From Kiritimatiellia bacterium (GTDB lineage Bacteria > Verrucomicrobiota > Kiritimatiellia > RFP12 > UBA1067), in NCBI GenBank assembly GCA_050949565.1, contig JBMNFY010000020.1:1-64000 (forward strand): 64,000 bases of DNA. The letters are read 5' to 3'. A program made the position numbers and the translations under genes. Under the pieces are notes generated by a model. The model did no database searches, was not told the DNA's origin, and was given only the letters and a program-made list of their open reading frames with translations. This document shows positions 20,528 through 27,727 of the stretch, piece by piece. The number at the start of each line of letters is the position of its first letter. Position 1 is the first letter of the stretch.

Positions 20528-20905
20528 ATGCGTGTGAAGGTGAAAAGCTATAAGGATCTGGTTGTCTGGCAAAAGGCGATGGATTTGGTCGAGATGATTT
20601 ATCATGTTACGAAGGACTTCCCGACGGACGAGCGGTACGGGCTGACCAATCAGCTCCGTCGTGCCGCAGTTTCCATTCCGTCCAACATTGCTGAAGGACA
20701 GGCTCGTCATTCGACTGCCGAATTCAAGAACTTCCTTTCCATTGCCCGTGGATCACTCGCAGAGGTCGAAACGCAACTGCTCATTGCCAGACGCTTGAAT
20801 TATATCGAGCCACAAAAGTTGGCTGAGCTTGTGGATGTCCAAGCCGAAGTAAATAAAATGACGAGTGCGTTGATGAGCAAACTCGCCGCTAGGGTGGCCA
20901 AGTAG
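20528..20905 (+). CDS. Four helix bundle protein (23S rRNA IVS protein/Avd-like family)
   Basis: 'SYKDLVVWQKAMDL', 'FPTDERYGLTNQLRRAAVSIPSNIAEG', 'ARGSLAEVETQL'; SD AAGGAG immediately upstream. Confidence 0.93.
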   Translation: MRVKVKSYKDLVVWQKAMDLVEMIYHVTKDFPTDERYGLTNQLRRAAVSIPSNIAEGQARHSTAEFKNFLSIARGSLAEVETQLLIARRLNYIEPQKLAELVDVQAEVNKMTSALMSKLAARVAK

Positions 20906-21013
20906 TGGCTAGTGGCTAGTGATTGGTGGCTAGAAACAAACTAACCACTCGTCACTCGCCACTAACCACTTATAAACAACCATTCGCCACTCGTCACTCG
21001 CCACTAACCACTT
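20903..21013 (+). repeat. Second heptamer hairpin array of the same family as 20054-20520
   Basis: tagtggctagtggctagtgattggtggcta-GAAACAAAC-taaccactcgtcactcgccactaaccac. Confidence 0.9.
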
Positions 21014-21019
21014 CCTATC

Positions 21020-21889
21020 ATGCCGCCTCTCTTTTCCATCGTGATGCCGGTGCTGAATGCCGGTGAGTTTGTCGAGCGCGCGCTGCGGTCGGTGCTGGCT
21101 CAGGCCGGCGATGATACCGAGGTGATCGTGGTGGATGGTGGCTCGACGGACGGGAGCGTGGAGGTGATAGAGAAGCTATTGCGGTCACGGAGTGAGCGCA
21201 ATAGCTGGTCTTCTGAGCCGGATGGCGGGCAGAGCGCGGCACTAAATAAGGGTTTTGCGCGGGCGCGTGGCCGGTATCTGCTCTGGATCAATGCGGATGA
21301 CCTGCTGCTGCCCGGCACGCTGGATCGGGCGCGCGAGCACCTGCGGAAGCATCCCGAATGCTCATGGCTGGCCGGTAACATGGTGTATATCGACGCGCAG
21401 GACCGGGTGCTGCGCGTTGCACGTGACGGCCGCTGGCATGATTGGCTCTACCGTCATGCGCCGGTCAGGGTGTACGGTCCGACGTCGATCTTCAGCCGCG
21501 AACTGTTCGAGCGGGTCGGCGGCTTTGACGAGTCGTTGCACTATGCGATGGATACCGATCTCTGGCTACGTTTCAAAGCCGCCGGGGCACGCTTCGATCG
21601 GCTGTCGCACCTATGCTGGGCGTTCCGCGTGCACGACGGCTCAAAGACCGCCGCGGATCTGCGCGGCGCGGCTGATCCGCGCATGCTGGAAGAGCGCGCG
21701 CGGGTGTACGCCAAGAATGGCCTGCGCGTGACGCGCTTCGGCCTGTGGCAGCAGCGCATCTGGCGCCTGCTGAACGGGTGCTATCTGCGGGCGTGGTGGC
21801 AGACTTATTGCGACCACCCAGTGGTCGCAATGACGAGTGTAAAAATAGGCGAGCGGACGGACGCTGAATGCGCACAGGACATGCAATAG
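21020..21889 (+). CDS. Glycosyltransferase family 2; C-terminus supplied by element A
   Basis: 'SIVMPVLN', 'VDGGSTDGS', 'GQSAALNKG', 'WINADD', 'MDTDLW'; ends ...YCDHPVVAMTSVK... Confidence 0.9.
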   Translation: MPPLFSIVMPVLNAGEFVERALRSVLAQAGDDTEVIVVDGGSTDGSVEVIEKLLRSRSERNSWSSEPDGGQSAALNKGFARARGRYLLWINADDLLLPGTLDRAREHLRKHPECSWLAGNMVYIDAQDRVLRVARDGRWHDWLYRHAPVRVYGPTSIFSRELFERVGGFDESLHYAMDTDLWLRFKAAGARFDRLSHLCWAFRVHDGSKTAADLRGAADPRMLEERARVYAKNGLRVTRFGLWQQRIWRLLNGCYLRAWWQTYCDHPVVAMTSVKIGERTDAECAQDMQ

Positions 21890-21980
21890 GGGCTCGCGCG
21901 GGCTGTGCCCGGTGGCGTAAGGTTTTAATCTCGTCTTTGTGACCACTGGGTGGTCACAAAAAGTGGTCACAAAAAGGAGC
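21805..21980 (+). repeat. Full-length REPIN-like element A, left flank of the RAYT
   Basis: Hairpin ttgcgaccac-cca-gtggtcgcaa, spacer, inverted hairpin tttgtgaccac-tgg-gtggtcacaaa, then ggtcacaaaaaggagc. Confidence 0.9.
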
Positions 21981-21985
21981 GTGAC

Positions 21986-22891
21986 ATGGGCAACAGACCG
22001 CAGAAGGGGTATGACTACCGTCGTGCGGGCGTGGCGATGGTGACGCTCAAGACGCGGCCGGGCGTGCGCCTCTGTACCATCATGCAGCAGACCTTTGAGC
22101 TGACGGATACGGGGCGGATCGTACAGCACGAGCTTCTGGGCATACCGACGTTTCACGATCAGGTGAAGATCGGGCAGTACCAGATCATGCCTGACCATCT
22201 GCATGCGCTGGTGCATGTGGTGCGCGACCTGCCGGAAGGCGTGACGCTTCAGAGCGTGGTGCGCGGGTTCAAACTGGGCGTGAACCGGCGATGCCGTGAA
22301 CATTTCGGCGAGACAAACTTCCAGACGTTTGAGAAGGGGATGTTTGATCGGTTGGTGCTTGACCGGGAACACCTGAAGCGTGAGGTGGCGTACATCCGTG
22401 ATAACGTCCGGCGGTATCGTTTGCTCAAGGCGCATCCAGAACTTTTCCGCGCACCACGGAAGGTGATGACCCTACCGGATGGTACGGATCTGTGGGGCAT
22501 TGGCAATGCCTTTCTCCTGAACCATCCGCGCCGGGTGCAGGTGCAGTTTTCGCGTCGCGCGACGGAGGCCGACTGGAAGCGGACGCAAGGGGAACTGGAG
22601 GGTTACCTTGAACAGGGGTATGTCCTGGTTTCGCCATTCATCTCGCCGCACGAGCAGCGTGCATTGCGCACTGCGATGGCTACCGGGGGGCGGGCTGTTC
22701 GCCTCACGCACCGCTTCTTCGGCGAGCGGTATAAGCCCATGGGTGAGCTCTTTGATCTCTGCTGCAGCGGGCGGCTGCTAGAGATATCTGTTGCGAGGGC
22801 GTTCGAGCGCTATGCGCGGCTGGACCGGGCGGCGTGCCTGAGGCTTAATGAGGTGGCGGGGATTATTGCGACCACTCAGTGGTCGCAATGA
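21986..22891 (+). mobile_element. REP-associated tyrosine transposase (RAYT, IS200/Y1 HUH family) with an extra C-terminal domain
   Basis: 'KGYDY..AG.AMVTL', HUH motif 'IMPDHLHALV', 'VRGFK', 'FEKGMFDRLV', catalytic-Tyr helix 'AYIRDN'; flanked by palindromic repeats. Confidence 0.85.
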
Positions 22892-23039
22892 CGAGTGTAA
22901 AAACGAGCGAGCGGACGGGCACTCGATGCGCACAGGACATGCAATAGGGGCTCGCACGGGATGTGCCCGGTAGCGTAAGGTTTTAACCTCATCTCTGTGA
23001 CCACCGAGTGGTCACAAAAAATGGTCACAAAAAAGGAGC
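22863..23039 (+). repeat. Full-length REPIN-like element A, right flank of the RAYT (direct repeat of 21805-21980)
   Basis: Same layout; supplies the RAYT stop (TGA 22889-22891) and the AAGGAG before ATG 23040. Confidence 0.9.
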
Positions 23040-24833
23040 ATGAAGATCCTGCATATCTTGGCGGGGGTGCCACCGGGGAGCGGTATGGCGGAATCCGTGC
23101 CGACGCTCTGTCGGTATCTGCGTCAGCGTGGCCACGAGGTGACGCTCGCTACGCTGGACGGGCCGCTGAGCGAGGCGGCGCAGGCAGCCGAGGCGGCAGG
23201 GGTGCGGCTGGTGCGCTTCGCGCCGTCGTTTCCGCGTGTGCTCTACTTCTCTTGGCAGATGCTGCGCGGTCTGTCGGCCTTGGCGCGCACGTCCGATGTG
23301 GTGCATGTAAACGGCGCATGGACCTTCCCGGTCTGGTGGGGCTGCCGCTGTGCATTGCGGGCGCGCAAGCCGCTGGTGATGTCGCCGCGCGGTGCACTGA
23401 ATCCGGTCTATCTCAAGCACTCGGCCTGGAAGAAGCGGCTGGCGGGATGGCTGGATCGCGCCTGTCTGCGGCGGGCGGCGGTGGTGCATGTTACGAGCGA
23501 GGCGGAGCGGGAGTGGGTGATGGATTATTGCGACCACCCAGTGGTCGCAATGACGAGTGTAAAAACGGGCGAGCGGACGAGGGCGGAGACGCGCGCGGGA
23601 CATGCAATGGAGATCTCGCGCGGGGAGTGCCCGGAGATGAGCCCAGTAGACCACTCAGTGGCCGCAATGGGGAGTGTAAAAAAGTCGAAGGGCGGGCGAG
23701 GCGACTCTCAAGAGGTGCGCTGCAGTGAGAGAGAGGCGAGGATCGTTGTGATCCCGAACGGCGTGGAGTTGCGGGAATTGGAGAACGCCGAACGCCGAAC
23801 GCCGAACGCAGAACGCAGAAGAGGGGAAACGGGAGGGGCAAGCGTCCGCTTGCCCGAGAACGCCGAACGCCGAACGCCGAACTCAGAACGCAGAAGAGGG
23901 GAAACGGGAGGGGCAAGCGTCCGCTTGCCCGAGAACGCAGAACGCCGAACGCCGAACTCAGAACGCAGAAGAGGGGAAACGGGAGGGGCAAGCGTCCGCT
24001 TGCCCGAGAACGCAGAACGCCGAACGCCGAACTCAGAACGCAGAAGAGGGGAAACGGGAGGGGCAAGCGTCCGCTTGCCCGAGAACGCAGAACGCCGAAC
24101 GCAGAACGCCGAACGCAGAAGTGGGGAGAGGAAAACGGTGCTTTATCTGGGACGGCTGCATCCGCTGAAAGGGCTGGATCTGCTGGTGGAAGCGTGGAGA
24201 AGTGTGAGAAGTTCATTAGTGCATTATTGCGATAGTGCATTAGTTGCAGATGACCAACAGACAGTAGGCAGTGGGCAATCGGCAGTAGGCAGTGATTCAA
24301 CTCATGCACGAATGAACTCGTGCACGAATGAACTTCTCCTAGTGATCGCGGGGCCGGATGAGCAGGGGACGCTGAAGGCGCTGAAGGAGCAGGTGGCGCG
24401 CTTGGGGCTGGAAGCGAGCGTAAAGTTTGCCGGACCGGTTTACGGCGAAGAAAAATGGCGGATGCTGCGGTCGGCGGATGTATTCGTTTTGCCGTCGCGC
24501 AGCGAGAATTTCGGCATCGTGGTGGCCGAGGCGCTGGCGTGCAGCGTGCCGGTGATCTGCACGAAGGGAGCGCCGTGGTCCGAGTTGCAGGGGTATTGCG
24601 ACCACGCAGTGGTCGCAATGACGAGTGTAAAAACGCGCACGGGACGTGCGGGCTGGTGGGTGGACGTGGGTGTGGAGCCGCTGGCGGAGGCGTTGCGCGA
24701 GGCGCTGAGCCTGACGGATGAGGAACGCCGGATCATGGGTGAGAACGGACGGCGGCTGGTCGAGTTGAAGTATCGGTGGGAGAGCGTGGCGGAACGGATG
24801 GCCGCTGTATACAGCGGTTGTCTTCGCGGCTGA
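23040..24833 (+). CDS. Glycosyltransferase family 4 with four in-frame repeat insertions
   Basis: 'MKILH', 'VHVNGAW', 'SPRGAL', 'YLGRLHPLKG', 'LPSRSENFGIVVAEAL'; inserts at 23525-23730, 23781-24130, 24206-24338 and 24594-24633. Confidence 0.9.
   Translation: MKILHILAGVPPGSGMAESVPTLCRYLRQRGHEVTLATLDGPLSEAAQAAEAAGVRLVRFAPSFPRVLYFSWQMLRGLSALARTSDVVHVNGAWTFPVWWGCRCALRARKPLVMSPRGALNPVYLKHSAWKKRLAGWLDRACLRRAAVVHVTSEAEREWVMDYCDHPVVAMTSVKTGERTRAETRAGHAMEISRGECPEMSPVDHSVAAMGSVKKSKGGRGDSQEVRCSEREARIVVIPNGVELRELENAERRTPNAERRRGETGGASVRLPENAERRTPNSERRRGETGGASVRLPENAERRTPNSERRRGETGGASVRLPENAERRTPNSERRRGETGGASVRLPENAERRTQNAERRSGERKTVLYLGRLHPLKGLDLLVEAWRSVRSSLVHYCDSALVADDQQTVGSGQSAVGSDSTHARMNSCTNELLLVIAGPDEQGTLKALKEQVARLGLEASVKFAGPVYGEEKWRMLRSADVFVLPSRSENFGIVVAEALACSVPVICTKGAPWSELQGYCDHAVVAMTSVKTRTGRAGWWVDVGVEPLAEALREALSLTDEERRIMGENGRRLVELKYRWESVAERMAAVYSGCLRG
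23525..23683 (+). repeat. Element A doublet, in frame within GT4
   Basis: ttattgcgaccacccagtggtcgcaatgacgagtgtaaaaa ... gaccactcagtggccgcaatggggagtgtaaaaaa. Confidence 0.85.
23781..24130 (+). repeat. 75-bp coding tandem repeat (GAACGCH heptamers plus hairpin B), about 4.6 units
   Basis: gggcaagc-gtcc-gcttgccc at 23836, 23911, 23986, 24061; peptide ENAERRTPNSERRRGETGGASVRLP. Confidence 0.95.
24594..24633 (+). repeat. Element A, in frame within GT4
   Basis: tattgcgaccacgcagtggtcgcaatgacgagtgtaaaaa. Confidence 0.85.
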
Positions 24834-24911
24834 CGCCGCTGGCTCAAGGGTTCAAAGGTTCAAACGCGGCTGACGCCGCTGGTTCAAACGCGGCTGACGC
24901 CGCTGGCTCAA
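24826..24911 (+). repeat. Family C left array (GGTTCAA / CGCGGCTGACGCCGCT)
   Basis: cgcggctgacgccgctgg three times with ggttcaaa octamers; contains the GT4 stop codon. Confidence 0.9.
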
Positions 24912-24924
24912 GAGAGGGTGGGCG

Positions 24925-25305
24925 ATGCGGAAGTTTGAAGAGATTGAGGCTTGGCAGCTTTCCCGCGAACTGGTTCGAGAGGTCTACCGAGTGAGTCGTG
25001 AGGGTGCGCTTGCCAAAGATTTCGGACTGCAAGATCAGATCCGGCGTGCCGCGGTTTCAATCATGAGCAACATTGCTGAAGGCTTTGAACGCGGGGGAAA
25101 CAAGGAATTTGTCAATTTTTTGAGTATTGCCAAGGGTTCTTGCGGTGAAGTTCGTTCGCAACTCTATGTGGCCTTCGACCAGGGTTATGTCGACCAAGTC
25201 CAGTTTGAGAAAATGAGGCATCTGTGCATCCGTGTATCCGTTATGCTTCAGGCGTTCATCACATCCCTTCGCAACTCTGATTTCAAAGGCCCGCGCTACA
25301 AATGA
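24925..25305 (+). CDS. Four helix bundle protein (23S rRNA IVS protein/Avd-like family)
   Basis: 'KFEEIEAWQLSREL', 'KDFGLQDQIRRAAVSIMSNIAEGFER', 'FLSIAKGSCGEVRSQLY'. Confidence 0.93.
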   Translation: MRKFEEIEAWQLSRELVREVYRVSREGALAKDFGLQDQIRRAAVSIMSNIAEGFERGGNKEFVNFLSIAKGSCGEVRSQLYVAFDQGYVDQVQFEKMRHLCIRVSVMLQAFITSLRNSDFKGPRYK

Positions 25306-25312
25306 CATCACT

Positions 25313-25493
25313 TTTGAACCAGCGCCGCAGGTGCGCTTGAACCCTTGAACCTTTGAACCAGCGCCGCAGGTGCGCTTGAACCCTTGAACCTTTGAACCAG
25401 CGCCGTAGGCGCGTTTGAACCCTTGAACCAGCGGCGTCAGCCGCGTTTGAACCCTTGAACCAGCGGCGTCAGCCGCGCTTGAACCCTTGAACC
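25313..25493 (+). repeat. Family C right array (TTGAACC / AGCGGCGTCAGCCGCG), reverse complement of the left array
   Basis: ttgaaccagcggcgtcagccgcgtttgaacc is the reverse complement of ggttcaaacgcggctgacgccgctggttcaa. Confidence 0.9.
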
Positions 25494-25524
25494 GCGCCGT
25501 GCGCGGTTGGGCAGCTACACGGAA

Positions 25525-25554
25525 TGGACGGGGTTCCTGTTTTTCTGCTACAAT
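25525..25554 (+). promoter_or_regulatory. Putative sigma70 promoter with extended -10
   Basis: TGGACG-18 bp-TACAAT with TGn extension, 6 nt before ATG 25561. Confidence 0.45.
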
Positions 25555-25560
25555 ATGACC

Positions 25561-25842
25561 ATGCGCGACGAGGCTACAAAGGACTTCATCAGGCGGCACG
25601 GTGAGCTGTTCTGGTATTCACCCGGGGACAAGGGTGAGACCGTGAGCGACGATCTGCTGGTGGAGCATATCCTGAACTATGGAACGATGGATGACGTGAG
25701 GGAGCTGTTCCAGGTGATGGGGCTGCAAAGGACGGCGGAGGTGTTTTTCAGGTCGATCAATATGAGCGAGCGGCGCAGGAACAATTACAACCCCGTCACA
25801 TTGAATTACTTCACCCTTTTGTTTAACCGTTATGCACACTGA
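25561..25842 (+). CDS. Small DUF6922-like protein, probable antitoxin partner of the nucleotidyltransferase
   Basis: 'LFWY...LLVEHILNYGTMDDVRELF..MG'; overlaps the next gene. Confidence 0.7.
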   Translation: MRDEATKDFIRRHGELFWYSPGDKGETVSDDLLVEHILNYGTMDDVRELFQVMGLQRTAEVFFRSINMSERRRNNYNPVTLNYFTLLFNRYAH

Positions 25843-26509
25843 GATATTAACGCGGGAACAGGAACAGCTCTTGGATTTTCTCCGGTCGTTCAAACGCGGT
25901 TTCTATTTAGTCGGCGGGACGGCCATCGCCTTGCAGATGGGGCATCGTCGATCGATTGATTTCGATCTGTTCACGATGGACAAGATCAAGCGTTTGACGC
26001 TGCGGCGAAAGGCTGAACAGTCGGGGCTGCCCTGCAAATTACTAGGGGAGGATTCCGACCAGATCCATTTTGTTTTGAACAACGTGAAGGTGACTTTCTT
26101 CAGCTATCCCTATGCGGTCGAACATCCGGTGTTGCTGGGCGATATTATCTCCATGCCGACGCTCCTTTCTCTGGCGGCGATGAAGGCGTTTGCGTTGGGG
26201 CGTCGAGCAAAGTGGAAAGACTATGTGGATCTGTGTTTCCTGATACGTGACCATTTTTCAGTTCCGGAAATTATCCGCGAAGCGCAACGCCTGTTCGGCG
26301 ACAGTTTTTCCGATCGCCTTTTCCGCGGCCAGCTCACTTACCATGCGGACATCGACTATGCGGAAGCGGTTGAGTTTATGCCGGGTTTCGAGATCGATGC
26401 CGAGACGGTGAAGGCGTTTCTGATCGACAAGGCGCTGGAGGGCGTGGTCGAAACGTCGGGGGACGGGGGGCGTGGAACGGATGGGGTTCAAACGGCCTGT
26501 CGGGCCTAG
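25832..26509 (+). CDS. Nucleotidyltransferase AbiEii/AbiGii toxin family protein
   Basis: 'FYLVGGTAIALQMGHRRSIDFDLF', 'AAMKAFALGRRAKWKDYVDL'. Confidence 0.88.
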   Translation: MHTEILTREQEQLLDFLRSFKRGFYLVGGTAIALQMGHRRSIDFDLFTMDKIKRLTLRRKAEQSGLPCKLLGEDSDQIHFVLNNVKVTFFSYPYAVEHPVLLGDIISMPTLLSLAAMKAFALGRRAKWKDYVDLCFLIRDHFSVPEIIREAQRLFGDSFSDRLFRGQLTYHADIDYAEAVEFMPGFEIDAETVKAFLIDKALEGVVETSGDGGRGTDGVQTACRA

Positions 26510-26806
26510 GTTCAGATCGCGGTCTGTCGCCGCTGGTTCAAGAGAGGTTCAAACGGCCTGTCGGCCTGGTTCGATCGCGTCTGTCGCCGCTGGTTCAAAA
26601 GAGGGTTCAAACGCGGCTACGCCGCTGATTCAGAAGGGTGAGCGGTGCGGAAGTTTGAAGAGGTTGAGGCTTGGTAGCTTTCCCGCGAACTGGTTCGAGA
26701 GGTCTACCGAGTGAGTCGTGAGGGTGCGTCTGCCAATTGAGAAAATGATGCATCTGTTGAACCTTTGAACCAGCGCCGTAGGCGCGTTTGAACCCTTGAA
26801 CCTTTA
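26486..26806 (+). mobile_element. Defective copy of the family-C four-helix-bundle cassette (left array, internally deleted ORF remnant 26645-26757, right array)
   Basis: 26645-26736 nearly identical to 24925-25016 (ATG>GTG, CAG>TAG), joined to ttgagaaaatga(t/g)gcatctgt matching 25205-25225; GGTTCA arrays on the left, TTGAACC arrays on the right. Confidence 0.85.
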
Positions 26807-26815
26807 ACTCTTGTC

Positions 26816-27724
26816 ATGCGAATCACTCTCATAACCGCTTGTTACAACAGTGCCGCTGTGATTGGGACGGCGCTGGAGTCGGTGTTGCGGCAGACTTGGC
26901 CGGATGTGGAGTACTGGGTGATTGACGGTGGCTCGACGGACGGCACGCTGGAGATCATCCGCGAGTATGAGCCGAAGTTCGGTGGGCGCATGCACTGGGT
27001 ATCGGAGCCGGATCGCGGCATGTATGACGCGATCAATAAGGGCATCCGCTGGGCGACCGGTGAGGTGGTCGGCATCCTGAATGCGGATGACGTGCTGGTG
27101 GATGACCGGGTGCTTGAGCGGGTCGCGAGCGCGTTTGGAGTTTCAACAACCGCGAATTGTGCTAATCGGGCGAATGGGGACGCCAAGGCGCAACGTGCAA
27201 TTGAGCCTTTGAACCCGGCCGCAGGCCATTTGAACCTTGGAACCCTTGAACCCGACCGTAGACCAACGGATGTGGTCTACGGCGACATCCGCTTTGTGGC
27301 GGATCGGCGTGGCGTCGGGCTGGAGGAGTTGCGAGCGGAGCCGACGGTGCGTTACTATTCGTCGCGGCACTGGCGGCCGTGGATGGCGCGGTTCGGCTAT
27401 GTGCCTGCACATCCCAGTTTTTATTGCCGTCGTGAGCTGTTTGAAAAGTTCGGCGGGTATCAGACGGATTACAAAATTGCGGCTGACCACGAGTTGCTGG
27501 TCCGGTTTCTGGTGAAAGAGCGTGTGCGGAGTGCATGCTTACCGGAGGTGATGGTGGTGATGCGCTTGGGCGGGGTGAGTACCCGGTCGGTCGAGAGCAC
27601 GTTGATTCTGAATCGTGAGAATATTCGCGCTTGCAGAGCCAACGGCATCTATACCAATCGCTTGATGCAGCTCGGAAAATATGTGGTCAAAATCCCAGGA
27701 CTCATTTTCAAAGCGGGCTATTGA
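26816..27724 (+). CDS. Glycosyltransferase family 2 (WcaE-like) with an in-frame repeat insertion
   Basis: 'ITLITACYN', 'IDGGSTDGT', 'GMYDAINKG', 'ILNADD', 'PAHP', 'IAADHE'; insert about 27140-27265. Confidence 0.9.
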   Translation: MRITLITACYNSAAVIGTALESVLRQTWPDVEYWVIDGGSTDGTLEIIREYEPKFGGRMHWVSEPDRGMYDAINKGIRWATGEVVGILNADDVLVDDRVLERVASAFGVSTTANCANRANGDAKAQRAIEPLNPAAGHLNLGTLEPDRRPTDVVYGDIRFVADRRGVGLEELRAEPTVRYYSSRHWRPWMARFGYVPAHPSFYCRRELFEKFGGYQTDYKIAADHELLVRFLVKERVRSACLPEVMVVMRLGGVSTRSVESTLILNRENIRACRANGIYTNRLMQLGKYVVKIPGLIFKAGY

Positions 27725-27727
27725 AGC

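Noticed and set aside
20528-25305. Diversity-generating retroelement (Avd-like genes)
   Set aside because: No reverse transcriptase and no TR/VR pair differing at adenines seen in the window
20054-26806. rRNA gene hosting the IVS-type proteins
   Set aside because: Flanks are glycosyltransferase genes and simple repeats; no rRNA or tRNA sequence recognised anywhere in the window
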